From assembly GCA_964106915.2 (NCBI GenBank), contig OZ066919.1: a DNA stretch of 64,000 bases. One strand, given 5' to 3'. The number at the start of each line of letters is the position of its first letter. Within the stretch, counting starts at the first letter, position 1. The notes beneath the pieces were generated by a model, which was not told where the DNA came from, did no database searches, and worked only from the letters and a program-made list of their open reading frames with translations. The translations under genes were made by a program, and so were the position numbers. The stretch is from Podarcis gaigeae (lineage: Eukaryota). Shown here in pieces: positions 39,272 to 51,100 of the stretch.

Positions 39272-39417
39272 GACCCCAGGCACATTCTTGACACCTCCAG
39301 ATACAGGTAGCAAAGACTCCTGTCTGAAACCCTGTAGAGCCACTGCCAGTCATTTTAGGCAATAGTGATCTAGATTGTCCATTGGTCTGACTAAATATAG
39401 GACAGATTCACATGTTC
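39272..39417 (+). mobile_element. Squam3-like SINE (5'-truncated)
   Basis: aaagactcctgtctgaaaccctgtagagccactgccagtca...attggtctgactaaatataggacagattcacatgttc. Confidence 0.75.
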
Positions 39418-40485
39418 TCAGCAGGGTGTATCAACCCTTTGCTGGAGCTGCAATTCTTCAAGTGCCAACGTTACTCAGTAGCTCCACCCTTCTGGATGGA
39501 ATTGTAAAATATAATTGTCTCATACTGGGCACCCTATGCAAATTTCTTCACTTGTCTTGTATTTAATGGGACTTCAAGGTCTCGCTGGTGGCCCTAACCA
39601 CAGAAAAGAGACCCAAAGAGTAGTAAACTATGAAAGTACATTCCACCTGTCAGGGGAAGTTTTTGAGCAAAGAGCAGAAGAAAAGTCTTCTTATCCGGAC
39701 CAGCTGAGGCTGCTTCTAATGCAGTCAGGAGTAAGACTCACAACTGAATAGCATCCAGGGATTCATAACTGTCCCCTTTCACTTCACTCAGGCAATTTCA
39801 AGCTACCCCTGAAGCAAGAGAGCACAACTTTAACCTCTAATCAGATTTCCTTACACTAGCTGTGGTTACAATTGTTTTGATTAAGAACCATTAGGCACAA
39901 ATCCTGATGGGAGCAACACATCGAGCTGCAGTCAGAATAGGCTCTCCCTCCTGGAGGACTCCATCCATAGATGCCAAACAACAAAAGCTATTGATTGTAA
40001 AAGTACTTTCAGCTAATTAAGCCTTAAATGCGGCAGGAATTCAACATTAAGCAGATGGCACTATTAAGATTATCTCCAGCATTCAGGACCCTCACAGACA
40101 AGATTTCATGGGCACTATTCTTTCTGTTTATTACTGAGTATTTAAGTAGATATGTCCATTAATTTATCATCTTTCATGCAGTTGTCTTAATGCAACATTG
40201 CTGACCCCTGAAGACCATCTCCTGTAAGAGAGTCCCCCCAACACACACCTCCCCTCATGACTTCTGGCAGGAGTCTGGACATGCTGTCAGTACCTTTGAC
40301 AAGAACAGCTGGAAATGACAGATCAATGGTTCAATATTCTCAACAGCATGTCACTGATGTGACAGCAAATGTTATTCTAATGAAGCTGTAATCATAGTCA
40401 AATTACGTGGTTCAATACACAGGAAGAGGAAGGGGGAAGGGAAAGGAGGTGTCAGAGGTCAGGAACTAAAGGTTATTAGGCTTAC

Positions 40486-40545
40486 CTCAAGCACTTGCTG
40501 GAGACTGGGCTGTCCATCCACCATGGCTTGAATAATTCCAGTCAG
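40486..40545 (-). CDS. ERI3: ERI3 coding exon (human exon 5 equivalent)
   Basis: 60 nt. Acceptor cctttgtttcag|CTG, donor GAG|gtaagc. Encodes LTGIIQAMVDGQPSLQQVLE (the ERI-family LTGI motif). Confidence 0.97.
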
Positions 40546-41332
40546 CTGAAACAAAGGAAATGGAGAAAACAAAAACAAAGAAATCAGTGATAACACTAAA
40601 AAGAATGGATTTTTTCCCTGCTCTTCTCACTAAAAATGCAAAATACTGCTGTGCTGCATATAGATGGTACCAAAGCACTGGCACTCATAGAAATCCAGAT
40701 GAGAGATCTGCCCGAAGCAAGGAAGAATACTGTTCTAAGCTTCACACTCAGCTAAGTTTGAGATTTTAAAGGGAAATAGCTTATTGGAGACCCAAACACA
40801 ACAGTTATCCCAGTTATAACAGGAATGGTCTTTGGTTAGAAGAGCATTTTCTCTCAGCTGAGATTTATTTGAGGCCTGTATCTTTCTCTTGCAGGCTGGG
40901 GCTCCGGCTCACCAGTTTGATCTATCAAAATTCATAGAACTAAAATTATTCCTTGCCCAGGCACAATCAATCTTGCCCACATCTCTTCTCTTCTTGTGCA
41001 CAATAATTTAGCTAATAGAGCTGACATATTCATGGGGATGAGTCAGAAGGATCCTCCTCTTTCAATTCAAGGTGTTGAACTAGATGACATCCATGCTTCC
41101 TTTCCAAAGCCACACTTCAGTGATTCTATGAACCTGTTCAAGATGTATGTTCAGTGTCTTCCTCAATGTACCAACTGCAGTTGGTGGATGAGAGAGAGCC
41201 TTTTCAGCTGTGGCATCGAAACTGTGGAACAGATCCACATGCATGTTCATGCACTCTCTCAGCCTCAAACTGTGATTTTGAGCAAGTCAGTGTCTCTTAC
41301 TTACACTCTAGTTCGCTTCTCATACGGTAGGG

Positions 41333-41839
41333 CAGGGGTTTTCAAGCTTTTTGAGTCCATGGCTCCATTTGACCAAGTACATTCTTTCTGCAGCACCCCT
41401 GTGGGGCTCATGAGCCATGTTATGTCACCCCTTGCCTGCAGAGCTGGCAGCTTCTCACCCTTTTTCAAGCACCCTCCCTTGTGGTGTGTTCCCTTAGCCT
41501 CCTCCCCTCTCCCCTCTCCTTGGGAGTCCTATGGGCAGCCACAGCTGACATGCCTGGTCTCTGAGCTGCCCCCCCTGCCCCAAAGAGAGGTGCCTCCTCA
41601 CACTGCCCCATATAGGCCTGGGAAGTACCCCCTCACCAGCCCCAAGGCACCATTCGCCTGCGGAGTTTGTAGCCAAGGCTGCTGCAACACCTGTGCAAGC
41701 CTTTGGAAGGCAGAGACGCAAGAGGGCATCAGAGGAGGGAGGGAGGGAAGGAAGGACGGAAGCCAGTGTTGCCCACGGCACCCCTGACTATCATTCAGGG
41801 CACCCCAGGGTGCCACAGCACACTGGTTGAAAACTACTG
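41333..41839. mobile_element. Non-autonomous hAT element, 507 bp
   Basis: TIR CAGGGGTTTTCAA / TTGAAAACTACTG (11/13). Degenerate TSD cggtaggg / ctttaggg (6/8). GC-rich interior. Confidence 0.82.
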
Positions 41840-42444
41840 CTTTAGGGAATGGAAGAGAAGAGACGACAGCCTTGCTGTTTGTCACAGAAGAACAGTTGTC
41901 ATGTAATGATACAATGATATCAGGACCAACAGAGCTATATGAATACTTTCTTCAGAGTATCAAATATTTACCTTAGGGGAGCCCTGCAGTTGGTGCTCTA
42001 GTTTAATAGAATAAGTAAAACCCCTGCCATTTTAGTGCCATTCCTACTGCATCCCTTATTTACATTTTACAGCCCAAGGTGTCTTTGGACACTCCCGTAC
42101 ACTAGTGATTAACACAAGAGAAAAGGACCATGAATAGATAGATAAATAAATAAATAAATAAACCTCTCCGGAAAAGTGAGGTGCTCAGGGCATCAGTGGT
42201 GCTGCTTTCCATGGAATGGAGGAGTAAGTATCAAAACATTATCAGACAGGAATACAAAGCTATCGTTCCAATTTTATAGACATTTGCAAATTTAATTTGA
42301 GAAGAATACTTTGCATTTTTAAAAACCGCAAAGACATCATTCTCAGTACTCTCCTTATACTTACACTGTTATTTCAAGAAGATCACCCATGGGTCTACAT
42401 TAAGCCTGAAGCAAATATGTTTCATAGTTAAGACAGAAACATAA

Positions 42445-42652
42445 GGTTGTGTTCAATGCTGCTGTTCCACTTGCACAGCAGACTTCCACTTATGCAAGGA
42501 AACTTCCCCCTCCTCTCCCCTGCAGCCCCCCACCACCTCAAAATCTGCTCCAGAAGGTTGGAGGGCCTTCGCAAGCTGATTCTGGGAGTGCACAAGGAGA
42601 GGCATTGAAGGGGAAGTCCTGCTGTTCACTTGCAGAGTATTGGCTACAACTC
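42445..42652. mobile_element. ~200-bp fold-back MITE; related copies at about 28560-28672 and 63315-63490
   Basis: cacagcagacttcc ... ggaagtcctgctgt inverted arms. The core aatctgctccagaagg is nearly the reverse complement of cctctggagcagatt at 63421. Confidence 0.6.
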
Positions 42653-43754
42653 AATAACTCTATAGCAGTGATAGCCTAGAGTGAAAGGGTGGGGTGATCA
42701 TTTTGCTTAACAAAATACACCAAACTGATGACAAAAACACAGAGGTAAGTTAGTCCCAGGCCTCTGTTCTGATACAGGAAACCCTAATCCTTATGTACCA
42801 TTGGGAGATGCTTAATAATAAAAACTCCATACACAAACCCTTCACAACTTCCCTCCCTCCATCCCACCAGGGTGATCTACCACCATGTGCCCTGTGGGAA
42901 GGATTCCAGGAGTAGAAGGAAGGCTGCTGCAGCTGGACTATTTCCTTCCCACAGGATCCTGATGGGTTTTTAATAGTATTGTTTATTGTATTTTTAAAGT
43001 ATGTAATTGAATGTTACTTGTAAGCAGCCTTGGTAGGATTTATATCTCAATAGGGAAAATATAAATAATTTAAATAAATAACACTAAATAAACACACAAT
43101 TTGACACTTTTTAGTAGATTTATAATGGGGAAATTTCTTTCTATAACCAAATCTATTTAGCAAGCAGTTTTATTGTGAAAGGCAGATAATAACCTGCACC
43201 CCACAAAAGCCAGATTGTCACTGAAACTCTATTTTAAGAATTAAGCAAAGGCCAGACTTGCATTTGTATTTCTTTTTTGCTATAAAACTTCTGTTTCCCT
43301 CTTACAGTGCACAACATTCTTCTCTATCCCCATTTATTCTTTTTGGTTTAATGCAACTAAATGTAAAATGGTTTGAGTCTATAGTGGGGATACATAAGGC
43401 AAGTGAACTGGTCAGTCTTTAGGATGGGGAGCCTGTGGTCCACCCAATATTGTTGGACTCCATCAGCCCCAGCCAGCACTTTCAGTCCTGTTTCCCAACT
43501 AAAACCAAGCCCAGGTACAAGAAACTTCATTTTGATTCTCCCTCTTCTATTGCCTCTCCCACAACCACAAGCCATTTCTCAATTATTCAAAATTTAGACT
43601 GTAGACTTCTCAGGGATGTGTGTCTTGCCATTTCTTTATGTTGTAAGTGCCACTGGTGGTGCTATACAAATAAAAAATAATATTAGATAGAAAACATGGT
43701 GCAGCACCAGCAAGCAGGATTCCACGCTTGTGTTTCTTTGGCTGGCTATCATTG

Positions 43755-43756
<2 letters not shown>

Positions 43757-43786
<30 letters not shown>
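43757..43786. repeat. (GT)15 microsatellite
   Basis: Directly visible. Confidence 0.97.
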
Positions 43787-43789
<3 letters not shown>

Positions 43790-44369
43790 GATTAAACTCC
43801 AATTAAACTGTAATTGAATCTAATGAATACCAAATACCTGACTAGCTGAATAAGCAGCTCATAATGGAAAATTATTTTCTTGCAGTAATATCCCTAGAAT
43901 GGTAACATATACCTTTTAGGGGAAATTTTTAATTTTCAGAATGCAACGTTCCTCTAGGTGGACTCCTGAAGTTCATCAAGTCATTATTAGGTGGAATTTT
44001 AAGAAGAGAGGGGGTTAGAGAGGCTGCATTCTTGAAACTGTTTTAATATTAATCCATAGTTTAATTAGGTAATAGCAGATGCCTACAGGCTTCACATACT
44101 CTTGAAAAGGAAAATAAGTGTGTATGTTAACCGTTCTATGCCTCTTTCATTCCTTTTTCTGTGTTATGGGAGAAAAAAAATCCCTAACAACCAAAACTGG
44201 ACTGCAAAGAATAGAGCGACATGGAGCAGAATCCAAATCTATTCTGTATATGGCATGGCTGTTCCTGCAAGTCCAGTTGAGATGTCTATTACAACATGTT
44301 CCCATATTTTCTGGAATCAATTTCAGTTTATGCACCCTGATGATGCGAACAGTTTCTTGCTCTCTTGAC

Positions 44370-44650
44370 TCCTGTCCATTCTGGTTGGTGAAAGCCAGTT
44401 GAGGGTGGGGCCCAACCAGGTAGGTCCAGGGTGTGGTGAACACATCTTTGCACCATGGAGTGGTGCCTGCTGCCCTTAAACAAGCAGTAGTGCATTCACC
44501 CATAGAGAAGCCCACTCTGGACCCTGCAGTTCACAGTAACTATCTCCCAGTCATGAATGCCCCCTCATGGACAAGGTGGTAGTGATAGTGGTGGTGGTAC
44601 AATTGTAGGAGTTCCTGGGAGAGACAATCTATTTGAAACTGGCTCTAGGA
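44370..44650 (+). mobile_element. L2 ORF2 fragment (pre-RT region)
   Basis: SCPFWLVKAS, VVNTSLHHGVVPAALKQAVV, KPTLDPAVHSNYLPV. Confidence 0.85.
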
Positions 44651-46802
44651 ATCCCACAAGATTCCCTCTTTCTGTCTTGTGATTACCACCAGTATGTTTC
44701 AGCTGAAAATATGAAAAAACTAATAGTTCATGCTCAGGTTTATGCTTCCCTGACCCCAGGCTAAGAAGAAAACACCTACGGTCTGCCCACCTGGCTTTAA
44801 TAGCAGCCAGAATTTGAACACCTTACACTGCAGGCCATTGTGGAAGAGTACAGTGTAGTATGGAAAAAAGAAACTATGTAAGTTGGTCCATGTCTTCTAG
44901 ATCCCTCTGTTGACAAAGTATTTCTGGCCCTGTGAGCTAGGTTATCTAGGAAAAAAAACAGCATTAGCCCAGACTCACAATTCTGTTTAATTCCACATCA
45001 GTAAAATAGATCTCACGGTGCTCCAGGCAACAAGTCACATTTTTCAGATAACTCCACAGAAATTTGGATAAAGGTGTGCAATTAGTCAATTTGCCACATA
45101 TGCTTCCCTTTGCCTTGGCCAGCCCTGCAGCTTTCCCTTATGGAAATGGCAAAGACAGAAGAGGGCAGCACACCAGACACACTTCAAGACAATGTCAACA
45201 GCATGGATTTTCCTCTGGTGTTTATCTCGTACACCATCGTATTTCTAGCTTGAGACAGTTTGCTGATTACATAAGCACTTGTCTCTGGCGTACCATCAGA
45301 TAATCGGACCTGGCCTTTCTGTGCAGACAAAAAGACCTATAAAGCTTACTGTCTATAAGTAGAGGTGCAGAGACAAAGCCTTTTACCAGCATTTAGCAAA
45401 ATCAGTGCTTTGGGGAAAGCATAGAGGAGGGTTGCCGTTCACAGCTATTTAGACAAAAGCTTACAATAAGAGGTGAGAGAGAGGATACACAGGGGAACAG
45501 AAGAATAAGGGGCTCATTAGGTGACCCAGGAGCTGTGTAGCCTGCTGCCCGTGCTATCATTCACCACACTAGACACTACCATGACAGCTAGAAACACTGG
45601 CAGAAGATGGGAAAGGATTTAAATACCCTTGAATGTCATACAAAAGGGAGAAGTTGGGCCACGTTCACCTTGTCCCATCATAGTAACATGCAAAGACATA
45701 ACATGCACCTGTTGAAATGATACCATGCATGCATCTGCTCAAAATGCCACATTTTGTATGGAAAATTGCAAGCAGAATTTCTGCTTACATTAGAGCAATA
45801 GCCTCCCCTTTCCCCCATGCCATTTCCAATTGCTGTTTTGGATACAGAAGTTGATCTAGGTATTAGGATCCCAGCACTGAATAGATTATGAGCATGATGT
45901 ACAGTAGTTTGTCTTTAATATTTCACTGTACCACTTCTTTTCCTCTCCATTTTAAAACTAGGAAATAACTAGGTTATTTTGGTGAGGAAGCCAATACACC
46001 AGACTTACCAGCAAAGTTTTAGCATTATATGAATTAGCCTGGAGAGTTGATGGCATACACTCTCCCCTCTCTTCCTTTCATGTGTAGCAATTCCCTCTCC
46101 CTTTCCTAACTTGCAGCAAACCATAATCCAGGGTTTAATTTTTTAAACATTATTTTTACTCTTAAAAAATGCTCCAAGAAAGGAGAGGGGGAAAGTGGCT
46201 TCATGATTGGCACAAGGGCCAGCCAATCAATGCAATGCAAATCCAGCTTCTGTTGAACATCAGAAAAACAGTTTCCCCTGAGTTTAGTCTGGAGCAAATG
46301 ATTTTACACGCACTTCAGAGTGGGCTCACTGGTAAAATTATGTACATCTATATGCATCCTGAATTTGGCAGCCATATTTAATCAATGCACAAACTACTTC
46401 CTGCTGAACTGAAGTTTTTGCATGGGAACTGGACAGTGGCAGGAAGGCAATAAGGAAACCGGGGAAAATATGTTGAACCGGTGTCAGTGGCTACGGCTGT
46501 TTAAGGTACAAATCTGATCCTGCTGCAAATTCTCACTAGTTCCAAAGCTTGTACTAGAAACTGCCTAAACATTTTCCACCATTTCTCCATGATGAGGAGA
46601 GCTAGAAAATGAGTTACAGCTATCAATCTTAGCTTTGTAAAAATCAAACTCCCTAAACTACTTCAATGATACAAGTATCTCAGCAACTAACGAATGCATT
46701 CTAGTGCACTAATAAAAACAAACAATAAGCTAAGATTTCAGCAACTGCAGGGAAACTGCAGCAACAAGAAATATTCAACTCTAGGAAAATGAAGTGTTTT
46801 AC

Positions 46803-46919
46803 CTCTGTGCAGAAAGGTGTGAGCTGTGGATGGACCACTGGCTGCACATACATATGGAAGGTGGATTCAATCTCCATTGTCCGACCATTTAGCTTCAGGA
46901 TGGGGAACTCAATGATCTC
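46803..46919 (-). CDS. ERI3: ERI3 coding exon (human exon 4 equivalent)
   Basis: 117 nt, phase 0/0. Acceptor tcttattgtag|GAG, donor GAG|gtaaaa. Encodes EIIEFPILKLNGRTMEIESTFHMYVQPVVHPQLTPFCTE, in frame with the previous exon. Confidence 0.97.
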
Positions 46920-47379
46920 CTACAATAAGAAAATTAATAGATTAAATGTTACTTTTAAGAAACATTCAGGGAAGTTAAAAGGCAAGCTACAACTGAAAGG
47001 AAAGTACACGTAATATCTGACAAAGAGCAGTAGTCGGGATGGGAACAATGGCTTGAAATCGAAACCGAAGAACTACAAGCAGAATGAAATGAAATGGGGA
47101 TTTCCTGCCCCCTCCATCCTGCTGAGCCCCCTGCGCCCCTCAAAAAACTACTCAGGAGGGTCACTGAATGCAACACAGAAGACTGCAGCAACATGAGCAG
47201 AATTCCCTGCTGTTATGGCTCTGTTGGACGGATCCAAGGCAAAGGGATTTTTCTCAAAGGACCTCACCGCTCTACACAGATGGGCAAATTTAGTCCAATT
47301 TATTACTGCATCCCTTTCTCCAGGACTTATTTTTTGCAGCCACAACACTCTCAAAAATCTTGCACTGAAGCCAACCACA

Positions 47380-48045
47380 CACTGGTTAGGGCAGGAAAGG
47401 CAGCAAAGAAGGCCTATTTTGCTGCTGCCTCTTCATCCTCTGCTAGTCAGCTGTCACTCTGCTTTGCAGTGATCTTAATGCCCTAGTTGGTAGAGAACCA
47501 TATGAGGTATCTAATGTCACAACTGGCTGGGCTTTGTGGGATCAGCTTCAGTTGATGCAGCCTGAGGACGTTGACAAGTTGCTTGCGGCTATGCGTCAAA
47601 ACTACTTACTTGAGCTCAGTTCCTCAGTGATAATAAAACTTAGCCAGAAGGGCATGGCTAGGTGGATCCAAGCCTTAAATGGCAGGGTGGTGTCTGCTGC
47701 TGTGAAAAAGGCAGTAGTGTGTCTATGCCTAAAATTGTTCGCCCTGCGCCCACTAGTCTGGCTATCAACTGGTTTCTAATACACCTTTCTTGGGAAGTTG
47801 ATTGAGAGGGTTATGGTGTGTGCAGCTGCAGGCATGCTTAGATGAAACTGATTATCTAGACCCATTTCAGTCTGGTTTCAGACCTGCTTTTGGGAACAAA
47901 TCAGCCTTGATCACCCTACTGGATGGCCTTTACTGGGAGAGGGCTAAAGGGAGTGTGGCATTGCTTCATCAGCTTGATCTCTGTTATTTTTATACCATCA
48001 ACCATGATATTCTCCTGGACTGGCTCCGTGAGATGCTCTGGAAGT
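47380..48045 (+). mobile_element. L2 ORF2 reverse-transcriptase fragment
   Basis: WDQLQLMQPEDVDKLL and LQACLDETDYLDPFQSGFRPAFGNKSALITLLDGL...TINHDILLDWL. Confidence 0.92.
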
Positions 48046-48871
48046 AAAAAATGCTATTGCCTGCTATTGCCTGTTTACTACATTTCTGTAGATCTTATTA
48101 AAATTGTTAGCATTAAATATTATCATTACTTATTATATGTGGCCATCTGTTACATGATACTTTGCAAAGAGCAGGCTTCACAAGTTCCTACCCAAGGGGG
48201 CTTTAAACCTAAGGATACACACATGAAATAGAGGAAAGGGAGAAAAATGTACATTGCATGTAAATATACAAATAAACTTCAGCTCACATACCACAATATC
48301 ATCCCATTTGTCCCAGGTGCAAATATCTAGAACTGTAGGCACAGCCTGTTGGGTTTCCGCTTTTGAGAAACTCTTCCACAGAAACTCAAGACAAATGTTA
48401 GACTATCTTCCACCCACACACCATATCCATATATACACAAACACTCATGTACATAACCCTGTACACTGTAGACATTATTATGTTCTGTGGTAAATTTATA
48501 CTGATAAGAGGGAAAGAGAAACAACAGCATGTTCAACTATTTGAAAAATCAAAAATTTACATGGGCTTGTTAATAAAAAGTTTAAGCAAATGCAGTTATG
48601 ATAGATTTAGCAATTATTAAAATATACACATGGAATTTAAAAAAAACACCCAAGGAATAAAAACGATAAACTCCTTTGTCTCTTTCCTCCACACTCCACC
48701 CCCTCCCGAGTTTAATGTAAGAGGAGTGACAATTTGCTTGGTGTCTTTAAAGGATAATTTGTCTGCGTTATTTAATAGAGAAGCATGATGCTGGGGCTCT
48801 GGAGTGCAAATGAGCCCGCTGAGTGATAGCCAAGCATCGAGCCTCTCAAATCACTTGTGGAGAAAAGAGAG

Positions 48872-49050
48872 NNNNNNNNNNNNNNNNNNNNNNNNNNNNN
48901 NNNNNNNNNNNNNNNNNNNNNNNNNNNNNNNNNNNNNNNNNNNNNNNNNNNNNNNNNNNNNNNNNNNNNNNNNNNNNNNNNNNNNNNNNNNNNNNNNNNN
49001 NNNNNNNNNNNNNNNNNNNNNNNNNNNNNNNNNNNNNNNNNNNNNNNNNN
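48872..49050. other. Assembly gap (179 N)
   Basis: Run of n flanked by purine-rich GA sequence. Confidence 0.99.
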
Positions 49051-51011
49051 GGAAAAGACGACGAAAGAGAAAAAGAAAAGCTCCTCTGCCAGGCAACATT
49101 TGCATCTTAAGAAGCCAACTGCTGCTGTGCAGGCGCTGAACAAAGCTTTTGGGCCCTGACCATACCACCACTGCCCATCATGACCTGTGAGGCCATGAAT
49201 GTCAGGCAATGACATCAGTATGCTGACAAAGCAACATGTATGCAACAAACAACTTTAAGATTTTGACTTTGTATCCTCCTTTGAAAATAAAATAGGAAGA
49301 TAAAGAAAAAAGGAACCTATGTTTAAATTCTGTAAATACTCGTATCAAGCTTTTATTTGGTGGGCACCAATATAGAATTTATTAAAACATAGGAAATACA
49401 GGACTCTAATCCTGCAAACTACATTTAGGAGAGGCAGGTATCACAACACCACCCTCTATATCAGAGGCACTGTAGAGAGGAACTGTAGAGAGATAGGGAG
49501 AGTGAGGAGAATTTTTCTATTTACAATTTAAAAGTATGAAAAAAAATCAGAAAGATATTAAACACTCAAGAGTAAAGTTAAGGTGTAACTGCTTTTCAGC
49601 ACTCTGCTATTATAAAGCAAAGAAAAGTATACTACTAGGAAAAATAGATACTATTTGTCAGATGAAATGAATTTTAGTATAGGGAATCTCCATGATGAGG
49701 GCAGAGCATTTGTACAAATTTCAAATAATTCAGATTAAAATGCCTTAGTTACAGCAGTTTACAAATTTTGGCTGGAGTGATTTTTGCCACTTCCAACTTT
49801 TTTGTTTGTTTCTGGACAATAGATAATGCATCTTTTAAGACAATGGTAGTGCATGACCAGGACAAAATTCAATAGGTACAATTTTACCACTTGCTATAAA
49901 CACACACTAAATTCCTGTTCAGTGATCAGCAATTACATGAAGAGTGATAACTGTTACAGAAGGTGCACTTCACTGCATTTCCTTTAAAAAGTGGTAGGGG
50001 GCATTTTAGAAATCAAAAGATTTTTAGTTTAAGAAAGGCGTTCAGGCACCAAAAAATATAGAGATTAAAAATTAAGGGCTTGCAGAATGTAAGCTTTCTA
50101 GTCTTCCTATAGGCTCACATGCTGCATTCATATGCCCACAACTAGAGCAGAGTATGCCTGTAAAACTGATGCGCTGATAATGCCCATTAGTAACTTTGCT
50201 CAATTTACTCAACATGCACATGCAGTTGATAACAAATTTGCATGAGCTTGGTTGACATAATTTAACATAGCATATATTGTATTAAACAGAAACATGTCAC
50301 TGCTCCTATTTCAATACAACCACAAGCTGTAACCAGGGTTTGTTGCGGGGCTTGGAGAGACAAGCCACAAGTCTCTGTTTGGATACCATGCTAAGTAAAA
50401 CCCTGGCTTAGCTCACAGGAGGGCAGAAAAAAGACTGGGAAAGTAGTCAGTGGCAGATGTTCTTCTCCAGGAACGTCCTGCTCTCCCCTCATCCTGTGCA
50501 ATTCACCTCAAGGAACACTCCTCAGGTAGAGAAACAACATATGGGTATACACCCCACCTTCAAGTTTCCCTTTCCCCACCACGCTATATGCCCCCTGCTC
50601 ACCCACAAGCCTCATGCAACACACCGCAAGAAGTGGACATGGTCTGTCAGTGATAGGGCTTTTAACAGCATCAGGCCTGCCTAAATCTCTCTCTTCTACT
50701 ACACCTAGCAGATCAGCTCGTGGGACAACAGATGATCTTAGGCATTAAGGAAGACAGACCCAGGCAAGCAGCACAACTTCAGGAGGGCTAGTTTAAAACA
50801 GCTGGAGGAAATAAAATGAACAAGTCTGAAAATTTTTATGATAGCCCAAATTATTGCTGGCCTATGAAAACTATCAGACTACAAAAGACTGACAGGGAAA
50901 AAATCAGATGCCCTCAGGAAAAATACAACAGCTTTACTTTCCCACCTCCTTTTCTTGGCTTTCTTGAAAGGAGCAGAAAGGGCCTTCCCAAAAGGCTGTT
51001 ATCCCAAAGAT

Positions 51012-51055
51012 GGGGGGGGGGGGGAGGCAGAGAGAGAGAGAGAGAGAGAGGGAGG

Positions 51056-51096
<41 letters not shown>
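51012..51096. repeat. G13 plus (AG)n polypurine tract
   Basis: 85 nt of purines with a single C. Confidence 0.95.

Positions 51097-51100
<4 letters not shown>

Noticed and set aside
40996-41787. Longest ORF in the track (263 aa, + strand)
   Set aside because: It starts at a non-ATG codon, runs through the GC-rich hAT MITE at 41333-41839, and has no recognisable domain.
47534-48047. Reverse transcriptase gene (retron/DGR-like)
   Set aside because: This is a frameshifted, truncated L2 LINE fragment without the catalytic YxDD region; an ordinary genomic fossil.
48772-49248. ORFs containing poly-X
   Set aside because: Artefacts of the N gap.
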